A DNA stretch of 64,000 nucleotides from Diadema antillarum (Eukaryota): assembly GCF_040938485.1 (NCBI RefSeq), contig NW_027271305.1, positions 434,001-498,000 of the forward strand, written 5' to 3'. The position numbers and the translations under genes were made by a program. The notes under the pieces are model-generated. The model was not told where the DNA came from. It did no database searches and saw only the letters and a list, made by a program, of their open reading frames with translations. Shown piece by piece: positions 38,493-52,600 of this stretch (its first letter is position 1; each line of letters opens with the position of its first letter).

Positions 38493-40316
38493 TGTGTGTG
38501 TTTGTAAGATATTCAAAGATCAACTAGTCGAGGAGGTTCAAGAGATGGAGTAACAACAGTCTTGTTCCCTTTGATCCCATGTTTGATGCCGCCACTAAGA
38601 AATTACATTGAAAGTACATTGTATGTGCTATAAACTGGAGCTGTCTCACAGATACTGTAGGAAGACAATAACTGATTCATATGTTTTTATGATGTTAATT
38701 ACTTTTCGCCGTCCCTTCTTATAAAACATGCCTGATACATAGGCCTACAGGTACAGATAAAATTTCGCAAAAACTGACATGATAAAAATCAAAATTACTC
38801 GACTTTACATGCATTTATACCGTCTAACATATAAATAAAGAAAGAACTATACTTTCCAGTGAGGGTACAGTTTCAGATATTCTCACGACATACAACTCAT
38901 ATTTACACTTTTGCAGATATTTCTGGACTCCAGAAGAAATGATGATTATCATGATGCACACTGATATCTCTTCCACTGCTCAAAAATACTTGTTGCCCAT
39001 TCAGTGGGGACAGGGGACCATATTAAGCATCACCATAGATAGGAAACGGACCGAATTGATATTCCCTGTGGCAGCTACAGCTGTATGATGTGTTTGTAGG
39101 GAAGTCTAATTATGGTTTGAGGAGATTTTACGGTTTAGAAAGAGCCAAAATATAAAGCAATGCGATAGAGGAAAAAAAGACGGGTCTTCCTAAAAACGGT
39201 ATCCGTCGAGCCTAGGAACTTTCTTAATTTGCGCACGTCTTTCATTACCAAGGCGTGATACGTCAAAATAATACCCTTGGAGATATCCATGCGTTTATTT
39301 ATAGTCCGCGAACTCCGAGCTCCGCAAAATGTGTCCGTAATGATGCTGGAATGATACCTTGAAAGAGATGCCTCTTTCAGTGCAGGTTGGTTTTCCGTGT
39401 ATTTATACTTGAGACGTTTTACACTTTTCAATGCAGATTTCTGTGAGGGTTTTATTTTACCAGGACGAAACGTATAAAAATGTTTATATTTAGACTTTTC
39501 TAATCTCCTCGCAGGTCTACCGCTGCGATTTACTGTAGAATCTTGTTCGGTCCCATACCTTATTATTTGAGTGGGGAAATACTTTTTATAGTGAGATTCT
39601 GTGGGTAAGCACTGTTTGGGCTGTGTGCTCTGTTCCGACAACATAACCATCACAACCATTACAAGTAACCATTAATCATTGCAGTCGACTATGAATGATC
39701 TAGCCATCCGGGACCCTGTCGCTGCAGTGCATTTATAGCTCAGCAAGTTGATTTCATTCATGTGTGAATTATTGTGATACGTGAGTAAAATGTAAAATTT
39801 GAAGCTGAATGTAACAATATGATAATGTTTTGAACAATGTAGGCCTAGGCTGTTTATGAGTGGTGTTCTGTGAAAGTGTAGTACAGCTCTACAGTACAGG
39901 TAGTACATCTAGTCATTCTAGATCCATGTGCAGGACGCCTTGCTTAGCCCTTGGCCTTTATTTTAAATAGCTTCGCACAGCGTCTGTGGTTGGGAACACA
40001 GAGATAAAATTCTACATTGCCGAATCGCAAACTCCAGAGAATGGCTAGATTCTATGATTAGACGTCTAGACCTCGGTCTAACACCATTAGACCTAGTAGT
40101 GCTAAAGTAGTACCTTTTGGCTTTTCAAACAAAAAATGTTTGTCCAGCCATCTTGCTGCTACATGACTTTCCTGCATGGAGTTACCATCCCACTATGTAT
40201 TACTTGTTGATTGAGCTGCTTGTACATAAAGATTAAAGGGATTGCTCAAACAATTAAGTAACACTACTAGTTATCAAGTAGAATTTCTAATCTATATGTT
40301 ACACTTGGTTATGCAG

Positions 40317-40578
40317 TTGCTGAGGAAGAGATGTGCTGGTCCTCTGAACACAGTAACTCATGTGGATCTGACTGATGTTGGCCTTGGTAAGATAATGCTC
40401 TTATGCGTATGATTGTATCTATGTAACTGTCTGTCTCTGTCTCTGTCTCTGTCTGTCTCTCTGTCTAGCCTAGATAGATATTATAAATTATAAATATAAA
40501 TGTTGTGTGTGTATATATAGATATCCTATATCCATTACTGCTTGTGAAGCTTTTGATATCACACATAATTATGTATAC

Positions 40579-40610
<32 letters not shown>

Positions 40611-43600
40611 GTGAATGTATGTGTCCAACATGTACCAAACTCTTTCGAGTTCATTGCACTAATCTGGAGATTGCTAGGAAATTTGAAATGGAATTATGGT
40701 GTGTCATTAACATGTAAGTGTATGAACTTCAAATGAAAATGCAGAGCTTGCATGGAAAATGATAACAATTTTCTTGCCTTGAGGAGTTTAGATTAGGGAA
40801 AAGCTCCTAAGCTTTCTACCAAATAAAACCAGATTCATCATTTTTTCCCCTTTCCTTATTTCTTGAGAAGGAGCTACACTGTACCTTGTTCTGAAATTTG
40901 ACACTACTTAGTTGCTGACAATCTTCTTGTAGTTACAGCTACAGCCTGAAAAGAAATAATTAGTTTGCAATGTGGAGCATTCTTGAAAAAGACCCCTTCC
41001 CTTTATGAGATGATTTAAAAATGACAAATCTCTCTAGCTTAGATGCTACATATGCTTGTGCATAGTACACTGTACAGATGTCTACCATATTGATTAATGA
41101 TGATGCATCCCTTTATCTGCACAGCACGTATCGAGAATCTGCATGCTGTGCCAAAGCTGCAGACTCTGGTCTTGCGGGGGAATGACATCACCCTGGTCCA
41201 GAACATCTCGGTCTGCCATCACCTCTGGCACCTTGACCTTGGCAACAATCAGGTCAGCATTCACAATGATTGTTTCCCCTGAATACATTTGTATTAATTA
41301 GTTATAAATAACATGAGACCAGGGTAACATGCTTATGATAAGAGATATACACACCTGTATTATAAGCATATAACAATATTTTGGGAGTTGGGCTGACAAA
41401 GGGAGAAATGCAATTGCAGCTGAAATGGCTAGTATTTCATGGCAACACAAAAATATGTGATATTTTATTAAATATGGCAATTATGTGAAACATTTGTTCT
41501 CTTCATCTCATATTGTGTCAGGTAAGGAAAAAAATCTTTAACAGTACTAAACTTACTTGACATAAAGTTGACATTGCTGAAGTCTACGGATTTAGATATT
41601 ACACAGTTCATTCTTATGAAAGAAATATCCTGTGTTATCCTTTACTTAGTTATGATAATCCTTAACCATGTATTAATCCTCATCATTGTCTTCATCTAAG
41701 TTGCCATCACACATTTTTTTTTTTATTTTTCAAGATTCATGGAGTTAAAAAAAGTGTTCAATGAAGAGCCATTGTGACATTTATGTGATGTTATTCCATA
41801 TTCACAGGTCAGTGACCTTGATGGGCTGAGCAAGTTTGTCGCCCTGGGGACATTGAACCTGAGCCTCAACAACTTGACCTGGAATGACCTCCGGCACATC
41901 AGACATATGTACATTCTAGAACTCAGTCTCCATGGCAACCAAAAGTTGGATAAGGATCCATATTGTAAGTGATGTAATGTAACAGTGAATATAGAATTTC
42001 GATTTAAATGAGGCATTGATATTTGAATAAAGATAAAATGTTTAATTGTAGATTTAATTTGAAGTTTTCTGGTGTTCGTCCTGCAAGGACAAAGTCTCAT
42101 TAATAAACAATAAAACGTGAAATTTTAGATACACTAGCAGAAACACTGACATATTTAGTAAAATTTGACCGAATTATTCAGATTGACTTCTGGTCCTAGA
42201 GAAGAAGATTTGTAAATATTCTGTAAAGATATAATCAAAGTTGCGTGCAGGTTATGACATCTACTTCGTCATGAAGAAAAATATAACCACAAAACAAATC
42301 GGGTTTTTCAGTTCATGGTGACTCGTGAAATGTACACACTGTGATTGCCTTGTATTTTTCCTTCTTGTTCTTTGTTGACCAGATCGCATCCACGCCATTG
42401 ACTGTCTTCCCAATGTGTGGATGCTGGATGGCAGACTCATTACCTGTAAGTTATCTCACCCGTTGTCTCTTCCTTCATCACAAGAATGCAAAGAACAGAA
42501 ACACTCAATGATCAAACTGATCATATATCTTTAAAAACCATTTCAGAAAGAGCCATTGACTCTGGGTGTTTGTTTCAGCATTCAAATGTTTTCTTCGTGG
42601 GCATGTCAAATGCATCCAAATGCAATCCACTGAAATTCAGTCCAAGGTTCAGTGATGGATCAATTCTGTGTGTTATAAGTTATTGCATTATTTTGCTGTT
42701 GCTCTTTTTTTACACACAGTTTTTGTAATTGTCACATCTAGTTACTAGCATAAGATCGTTTGCTTTTCTGCTTCATTAAAAATGTTCAACCTCTTGATAA
42801 GAGTTTTATTAAGAGTCTTTCATAATTTCAGTATAATCAGACTGTATCAATACTGCACTCTTCTGAAACATGTAATTTTGTCTACCATTTTCAGCCGCGG
42901 AACGGGTGCAGGTGCAACACTTCTTCCAAGACTCAGCCGTGTCTGAACACCCAGTAGTAAGATACGATGTTATTGAGTAGTACCACAGTTCCTGTCTTAT
43001 CTTTTTACCATATCCGTTTCATTTTGAGAATGCATGTACAGAAATATGTATGAACCTGTTTATGCACAAAGTTTGGACTAATGGTTATGTATTTCATTGA
43101 GCATGAAAATTTCAATTTTTTCCCTGTAAGTTCTTCCTATTCATAGTTTGCTGTATTAGTTTTGTATTTCATCATCACATTGTTTTTAGGGGAGATGTAT
43201 GATCATTACTTAATATATTCATTGTTCTGGTACAGAGAGTAAAGCAGTTAGCTACACCAAGGCATGCCACACTGCTTCTTCACTCACTCTGTCTTTCTCT
43301 TTGTAATAGTGTGGATTTTGGGACTACAGCATTTCATTTTTGTACCCTATATGTTGCATCAGATATAATTGATATCGCTTGGCAAAGCAGTCTCGTGGTA
43401 ACTGCAAAAATCAGGAGTAGATCATTGTCAATGTGAAGTATCACAGCGAAGAATGCCGCAGTGATTATGCATGTATCTGTAAAGTAGAAGTAAATACATG
43501 TATGTGTGTATGTGTGTAAATCGTAAAGATAAGATTGTTAGTTTTGTAAAAATTCATCCACTGCTTGATTTTTTATTACAGAGACACAAGCTCACCAAAG

Positions 43601-46600
43601 TTCAGTTTGTGCCTTCATCTCTCAAGAAGATTCAAGTCCATGGAATATATGGAAGCAAGGTGAGCTATCTCTGTTCCATCTCTCAAGGAATCTTGATTCT
43701 CCATGATTTTAATTCCATGATTTTTGCAATTTCTTTCAGTGCGGATGCACAACTCTGTATGCAGTTTATGAAAATCGATTGCTTTATGCTTCTGCACTGA
43801 AAATTTGTTTGCAACGATCTTGACATCGCATTGATCAGATTTCAGATATAAGTCCAGTCCATAATGAGCCTTTGTTAATGTTTACATATTTTGACAGGTT
43901 ATCAACTTGAGCAATGTACAGAATGAGATTTTGTGAAGAAATTTTCATAATCTTTGATAATGCGATGATACATTTGTCGCGCAACTTAGCAAATATCGTG
44001 AAACAGTTGTGAATATTCATTGTGTATGTGTGTGTGTTTGTGTGTTTTAATGTGCATTTGCTGTTTTGGGCATTTCTGTAGACAACACACTTCATGATGA
44101 GGTTTCCAACCAATGGCGCCTTCAATGTCGACACTGATCGCAGGAGGCTGGCATACATGGCATACAACCTGCAGAATGACATGGAATTAGAGCTTCAACA
44201 AAGGAAAATGTAAGTAATATTTCCAGTGGACCTCTTGGGTAGCAAAATCAAAATTCTATACAAACATTTTGTTTATGATGTTAAGGATTACCAATTAAGC
44301 ACCAGCAACAAAATGTGTCCAATCTAGATTTCACCTGTTAAATTGGAAATTGTGTTAAAGGAATAGCTCACTTGCAGATCTATAGGGCAAATATCTGTCA
44401 CTTTTAACCCATTGCTAAGCAAGCTGATTGTTACCATGTCTCCTGATTAAAAAAGTCACTTGTGATTTCTGCATTGAAAATAATATGCTACAGAAATTGA
44501 CAGGATTTGAAGCAATTGTATTACAGAAGCCTGTGTGAAGTGAGCAAAGCTGTAGTTTCACAGTACTAGTCATTCTCAATTCCATATTCCACTTCCAGAT
44601 TTGATAAGAAAACTTTGAATTTGTTCTTTTTACATATTCTTAATACTATCTACTAATGATTGTTACCTTCAATGTTATTATTTTGATGATNNNNNNNNNN
44701 NNNNNNNNNNNNNNNNNNNNNNNNNNNNNNNNNNNNNNNNNNNNNNNNNNNNNNNNNNNNNNNNNNNNNNNNNNNNNNNNNNNNNNNNNNNNNNNNNNNN
44801 NNNNNNNNNNNNNNNNNNNNNNNNNNNNNNNNNNNNNNNNNNNNNNNNNNNNNNNNNNNNNNNNNNNNNNNNNNNNNNNNNNNNNNNNNNNNNNNNNNNN
44901 NNNNNNNNNNNNNNNNNNNNNNNNNNNNNNNNNNNNNNAGATGATGATAAAAGAAATGATAATGGTGTTACAGTGCACTCCCGTTATAACAAACACAGTT
45001 ATAACAAAATTCTGGTTACAACGAAGTAAAAATTCAGGCCACAACTTTATCCACTCTTTGTATTTTTATTGTTTATTTGTTCGGTTAAAACGAAATATCA
45101 ATATAACAAAAGAAAACTGCTGGTCCTGATGACTTCGTTATAATGGGAGTCCACTGTAATCGTCTTTAGATTAGCAGTAGTAGTACAACTGAAGGTGCAT
45201 GTCATTTAATTTTGATTTCCATGGATGTGTGTATACAGGAAGCTGCAGTGCAGTGATTTCATGGAGAGGCTGCTGGAGACGAGGTTGGCGGAGAGGGAGA
45301 AGTGTAACGTCCTTCTGCTGCTCCTGGTAGCCTCCCTGGAGTTCTCCCTCCCACATGTCATCCTGCAGGACACTCTCACCATCACCAAGCTCAGAGAAAT
45401 CATGTGAGTCCTTCCCCCGTCAAATGTTCCAGTAGTTCATGTCTAGATTTTGTGGAATTAAAGGTCCAGTTTACCTTTGGGAGCAGTGATTTTAAAGATG
45501 TTCATGATATCACATTTGATGCATAACTATTGTTCACATTTTGTGTATTTAAAAATACTTAACATCGATTAAGGGATTCAAATTTTTACAGTGGTTGTTT
45601 CTATTCCTAACTCACATTTTAGAACGATTTTAAAACACTAATGCTGGGTATTTGTTTCATCTGCAAATGGTAAATTATGCCTTTATAGTCATGCGGCACT
45701 CATCATACCTTGCCAGGCGCGAAAAATTACCCAGGCGAAAATATCCACTTTTACAGTACCATATGGGTTATTCAAGTACCAATCAGTGATAGGATAAACA
45801 TCATACCTGGCCAGGTGCAAAAATGGGCAAAAATATCCACTTTTACAGTACTGTATGAGTTATTCAAGTACCAATCAGTGATTGGATAAACATGATCACA
45901 TGATTGTGTGGACAATTTTGTAATGTTTGCCCATAGGAAGAAATGTGAGTGTGAACAAATGGCAAACAAGGGAGAAGCATTGCATGTCAAAATTATAGGC
46001 ACGTAATTTACCTTCTGTGACTTACCCATATATCATATGTGCACTGCATCACAAAACCACCTAAAAGATTGTCAAATGTGACCCTGCACCTCAAAACAAA
46101 CAAAAAAATCGCCAGACATGAATTTTTAGTTAAGACCATATTCTGAAAGAGCAGACTTTAGGCTTTAAAATGATGTATAACTCAAATCAAATGGACTCTC
46201 CTAACCTATCTAAATATTGGAAAGAAAGCACAAACTCAGGAAAAAAGTGTGAACTGAGAAAAGAGGCTCTGAAGTACAGTGTCTATTCAAGAGCTTAATC
46301 TTTACCAAACCGTGCTGGCTGTGCAATGAATGGGACAAAAAACAGGAAGTAAACCACCAGAGTAACAACAATGAAGGGATTATCAGATTAAACTGGAATT
46401 AAGCATGCCTCATTAACACATTCTGTCCATGATTAATGCCAACTTTCAAAGCAGTAGCCCTATCCTTTCAAAAGTTATTAGAGTTAAAAGTGAAGAGTGT
46501 GGACAAGGTTTTTCAGAAATGAAAAAGGGATTCCAAAGACACACCTAATCACACTATTCTACCAAAAATGTTCGAGATATACTGCTAAAAAAAGACACTT

Positions 46601-49600
46601 TCCTGCCCGTTTTATGATACCAAATTTGAGCATAATGTAAAAGAAGACCCTCTCTTTCAGAAAATATGAAAAAGTCAAGTTCGGCTAGGTTGACCCACTT
46701 CACTTATTTTTAGTCCTCACGCAAAATCAGTGTGTGCGACTTTATGTTCGTTTTGAGGTGCACGATCACAAATGCTGTGATGGCAGATGTCATATTACAT
46801 CTCTGAAATGGCAATACATGTATCAGTGTATAATACAATGGTATAATGTACCCTGCTGTATTTGAAAGATTTGTCTTAAAGAATGCCTGGCAGCAAGGAC
46901 ATATTTAAAGAAAGAGGAATGATTACATTATTGGAAAAACAAATCAGGCTTACACACCCATGCACTTACCCACAGAAACATTTAGGTATGTAAGTTATAG
47001 TCTCAGTTAGATGACAGTCTATGAGCAGTTCACCTTTTTTGTTTGTTTGTTTTTACCTGTTGTGAATAGCAGCTTTCTTTTCATAAACAGCATAAGAACC
47101 ATCTTGGGTTTTGGTTTTTCTCTTTTTTTTTTTGCCCTACTTTACAATTCCAAAACAGAACATGTATAACAGAAGTGAATAAGTTCTCTGAATTGAACAT
47201 TTACATCCTTGTTGGTGTAGAAATATTGTCTGTGTTTATTCATCTCACGTCAGCTCTGATTTCGACACTCTGGATTTGTTTGCGATGGCAGAGGTCCATC
47301 GATGTCGCATCCTATCCCTGCTTCTGAGTGCAGTCAAGGTGGACAGAGATGACCACAAGGTGCTCAGTCTTTCCTTTTGTTTCTTTAGTTCACCAGTAGT
47401 GACCATTATAAACAAGTCAAACTTCCATGTTGTTATCCCAGTGTCATTGTGTTTAGAAAGATATTTACTCTCCAAACTGAGGAAGGGTAATTATGTCCTC
47501 TTATTTTGAAAAAAACCCCCAAAACCCCAAAACACCCTTTTTGGGATGCAGCCACTAACAGCCTTCTTCTTATTATTATTTCCTTCTTTGCACAAGGTCT
47601 TCATACACCACTGAACATTTCACACAGTGAAACCCTCCTTTCAGTATCTGCTGACATTTATTTGTGTGAAAGATTAAAACAAATACAAAAAGATGCCTGG
47701 CAACATTGGTTCTGAAATTGATAAGTTAGCAATTACTGTAATAAATTTTTGTTTGAGATTTGATACCTTGCTTGATTTCACAAACTTGTGTTGTACATTG
47801 TTTTCTTGGTCTGCTAATCATGTTCTTGTTGCTAAATTGTGCAATCCCAGATTTGTGCTATATTATACTTGCAACCGCATACAGTATCTCTGTCTGCAAA
47901 TACTCCTGTCATGTACTTGATCTCACAAAAACATTGTCCAAAAAGTTTTCTTTTGTCGTTGCGAACATGTGCAATGTAAGTGTTAGTATATCAGTGTTAG
48001 ATACTGCCACTCAATAATAGATGTAATATTCTTATGCTCACAGGATGGAGGGTTGTATGACAAGTTGTATCTGTGCCTCTACTACACTGTGGCCGAGCTG
48101 GTTAAGAGGTTTGACGTGGGCAGTCCCAAGAATGCTGTGACCCTCGACCGCACCAACCCGATGTGAGTAAAAGACCCCACATTCCCGCTTGTTAGATAGG
48201 ATTTCAAGACACTGGACATTATATCAAATTGATATAGTATGGTGTAACTATCTCAGTGTTTCTTGCACAGTGTGTTTTATAGCGCAGTGTTATCAGGAAA
48301 GACGTAAGATTGTGTACACTGCCATGTTACATGATATCTGAAGGGTCCACCCTTTGACTGCAAGATATAGATATGAAAATAAAGTTTAGTCTATGAAATA
48401 CACAAACAAAAAACAATGGCAAAAATTATACCATCAACTTCCATTTGTTTTTTCCAAATGCCGATCTTCACTCTATGTCATCCATATGTGCTGATGCATC
48501 TTCCAGTATGGGTAGTATTTTTATTCTCTATCACTTTAATACTTGTGCATCATGAATCCATTTCCATGCAAGCAAAGTGTCTCGGAATCAAAGCTTACCT
48601 TAGTGCTATGATGATGATGATGATGATTTCAGCTAAGTATGACAGTGGCAATATGATGTTGATGATTACAACGATGATAACGGGGAGCATATTGGGGACA
48701 GTGATGATGATGATTATGATGATGATTGTTGATGATAGTGACTTACAGAAGAAACCATTGTGTTGCCACAGATATCGTGAGTACAGATCCTTGCTGGCTG
48801 CCGAGGTGGTCCAACTCCTCTGCATCGTCCCTTCCTTCTACGACCTCCTCCTGCAAGACTCCTCCTTGGCCCAGTTGGTTACCCAGGCAACAGGGAGTGC
48901 ATCAGCCATGTCAGGAGTTGAAGCATTGATGGAGAGGATAAAGAATACTGGGGTAAGAACTTACAGTGCAAATCACTTGCGGGCTTCTGGTGAATGACAT
49001 GAGATGAAGGTAGGTTGCTAAACTGTGCAACCTCGCACTTTCGTGGCTTGATTCAGGGATGGTAGTAACAAGTCAATTTATTAGTAACAAGTCAATTCAG
49101 CTTTACAAAATAGTCAAATGTGTCACATCTATAATGAAATGTTATTAACAGCAAGCATAGTATTGAGGTGAAAATATGCATGGGCTACCTGACTGTACTG
49201 TAATTTCATATTTGTGATACTTCCTGAAAATTTCTGTCTCTATTAGGTAATGCTTTGATAACTAAATGAATATCATTGTGACCTAATCCTGTAGATTAAT
49301 ATTTCTAAGATGAACTTGTGTTGATGCAGAAAAAATAGCTAGCAGATGAAAATTATGTTTTATAATGACAGATGGCTAGGTTGATGACCAAAAAATCCAC
49401 AAAATTACAGAATCTATGCAGTGTACAAGGTCTCTTCAACTCTGAGTGAGCATTGTTTTCATGTACATGTATTCCCAGGGTGGAAGCCATCGTACAATTG
49501 AGGAGATTTCAGAATATTTGATGGAGTCCATTCAGAGGAACACAAAGCGGGTGCTGCACAAAAAGATCTCAACAAAGAGTTTGTCTAATTACGTGCTGGA

Positions 49601-52600
49601 GGTAAGACTACCACAGACTTGTACCTTGCCCTGTGTGACAGTTTATAAGCTTATTTGTTTTTCTTTTTGTACCCTTTAAGTGTATCCTGGGAGGTAGTCA
49701 TTTTAACTGTAATATGGAGTTAAGATGTCTTCTTAAGAGCTTGTCACTGCAGATAAATCTCCATACTTGTAACCTGGCCAGCAGTGTGATTTATATGTCA
49801 TTGTCATATAAAACAAAAAAATACAAACTATTGCAGCTTCGTAAACTTACTGGCTAAGAAGTATCAGTAAAGATCGAGGAATAAGGTTGCATGGTCAGCT
49901 TCAATCTTCTCTGCAAACTTTACAGAAAAGAATGACAGTATCCCAATTGGGAGTGATATTCAAAATGTCCATCATGACATCTTGTCCATCCCTAGACTCC
50001 AAGAGCACTGCCCAAGCGGCCCCAGTCTTCTCCCGTGTACGCCAGCAACTTCCTGGCAGTGGGTCAGCCCAGTCCTGTGGGGAAGCCGTACTCCCGACCC
50101 ACCACTGGCAAAGGGACATGGCAACCTCATTCCCATCAGGCCAGTAGGCCCGGGACAGCATCCTCTATCAGGTCCGCAAAGTCGGAGCATCTGCCGTCAT
50201 CCAGGAGCGTACAGTCACGGTCGCCAATGGCAACCGCATCCTCAATGTCAACTTCATCTGCGTCACAGGATGTGTGCCGGTTTCCCAAGAAGCAGGAGCA
50301 GTGGACGCCAGCTAAACCACCGAGGCTTGGCGACAAGGTACTCCTCGGCCCCCAAAATCTGGCTTACATCATAGCTCTGCCGGAGTATGATGTGGCCCTG
50401 CTTCAGATGGAGTCAATCCCAGGTAACAGAATCTTCTGCTTTCTCATTCTTTCTCTATCTATCTTTCTATCACTCTCAGTAGCCATCTCTTTATTATTCT
50501 TTCATCATCCTTTCATTTGCTGTTTGAGTATGCTCACGGGGCTGTTTCACTCAGCTTTAAAATCGCTCCTACGTTCAATTCAACTGATCTTAGACACAAT
50601 TTTGAGATCGATCAGTCCTCAGAAGTTAGGAACTGTATCACTATTACAGCCACAATGTCTTGCACCCACCTTTGCCACATTCTAGAATACATCTTGAATG
50701 TCTGCGTAACCTTCCTAATTAGACCTGATCTGAATTTGTCCCAACTTTATGCTCATTGTTTAGCTTGGTATAGTTCCCATGTTAGTGAAATGGGGCCAGG
50801 GAGCACACAGGTGAAATTATGACAGGTCCATGCTATAACTTGTCACAAAGATCTACTTACGTGCAAGAAGAGCTGGGTGTTGTCAATTGTGTTGCATAAG
50901 AATCACCGGTGCATGAAGCAATAATGCAAAATACAATCAACTCGAGCTGTCCTGTCATAAGCACTGCCCTGCACACTCATCAACTGTAGTATTTCAGAGC
51001 TTCAGCTTGAACTTGAGAACATTGATTAAATCATTCTTTTGGATGTGATTACAGATTACAAGGTTTGAATATCTGACTTCTTGGTTATTTTGTTTGTGTG
51101 CTATCTGCAGAGTGCTTTTTATTCCCTCTTACAGTTTGTGTAATTATCATAATTGTAATGTACAGGATGATGTATGGTAAGTATAAATTTTCTCACAAGT
51201 TGCTTTTGACTCTGTTGTAGCAACGATGCTCTTATTCAAAGGAAAGAAGTTCTCACACTTCTCACTGAATCTTGTGTGAGCAAATCCATACAGGAATTTG
51301 TGATACATGCCTGTGAGAAAATCTCTGGAATCTTTTTGCTGCACGAAAAACTTATGTGTTTCACCCGGAATATGCAGCCACACTACGTACGACCACACAA
51401 TGCACCAGCATCACAGTTTTCACTCCGTGCCTTTAGTAAATAGACTCCAAATTTACAACAAATGCCAAAATGATATCCTATATTCCAAAAACAGAATATA
51501 GGGCTTGTAAATTTGGTTACAAATACCCCAAAGGGCTCGTGAAATATTTTGTGTTTCTGCAGACTTCGTGTTGTGCAACTACATTATGTGTATGATGAAA
51601 TTATTGTCACTTAGAAGAAAATCATCTTTACTTGTAAACGAAAATCATTTTTGTTTTGAAGAAGTATTTGACAATCACTCACATGCTTATCACCCTATTC
51701 CTTCCCCTCACATTACTTCTGTCAGATCTATCCCACGAGTGGAAAGGTTTGTTTGTTGCCCTTAAGCCCAAAGATGAAAAGAAATGTTGTTGTGTCATGT
51801 GTGTGTGATCAATAACAGTCTAACATTTTGTTTTGATGATCACTAAAATTATCCAAACAGTAACCAGAAACGAAATCATGTTTGTATGTTTGCCTACCTA
51901 TATATTGTCAAGTGGTGTGCAATGGAGAGTGTGGGATGTATTCAGATGTCCTAATGTCATTCATGTTTTGTGGTTCATAGCATATTCAAAACAGATATTG
52001 TAGTATCTCACATTCGCTAGTGATGATCATTTGTTATAAAATGAAAAGTCCCCCCCCCCCCCTCAGGTTTTGTAGAAACCTAAACATTGCATATGAAATA
52101 CAATAAACTAGTATGTGCCAGGCAAAATATTACACAGATTTGACTCCGGCATACATACTGTTATGGCCTTACTATGGAAAGATACAGCCTTCTTAAATGA
52201 CACCTGAAATTTACCTTTAGATATGGTTGTCTCATCATATTTTGTCTCCATTTTGTCATGCTAGATCACTTACTCATTCTCCTCTTCTTAAAAACAAAAA
52301 TGAAAGAAAAGCAAAGTTGCCTATGCTCTGTTTATTCCGGAAAATTGTAGGGAAATGATGAAACACCCATGCAAACTAAGTCTTGAAAATCTCATCATGA
52401 AAGTTGTAATATTTCCTTGTCCCTTTTCTCCACAAAGTAGCTATAGATACCAGAATTCAACTTGTAATTTATAAACTTCTGTTTGCAGGTTTGCCTTGGT
52501 GCATGGAAGTTGCCGTCGTTGTTGTGTATGAAAGTTATCATTATTGTTTACTGAGTGTCCATGACATAATACTGAGTATCTCCTAGGAATATCTGCTGTG

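Noticed and set aside
39592-39604. Candidate first or micro-exons for the LRR gene (donor GTAAGC at 39605; ATG at 39691)
   Set aside because: I found no ATG-initiated, stop-free, phase-0 exon with a convincing donor. The start is left unresolved.
48416-48997. 193-aa Met/Ile-rich ORF
   Set aside because: It is an intronic (GAT)n tract read through into the real exon 48772-48952.
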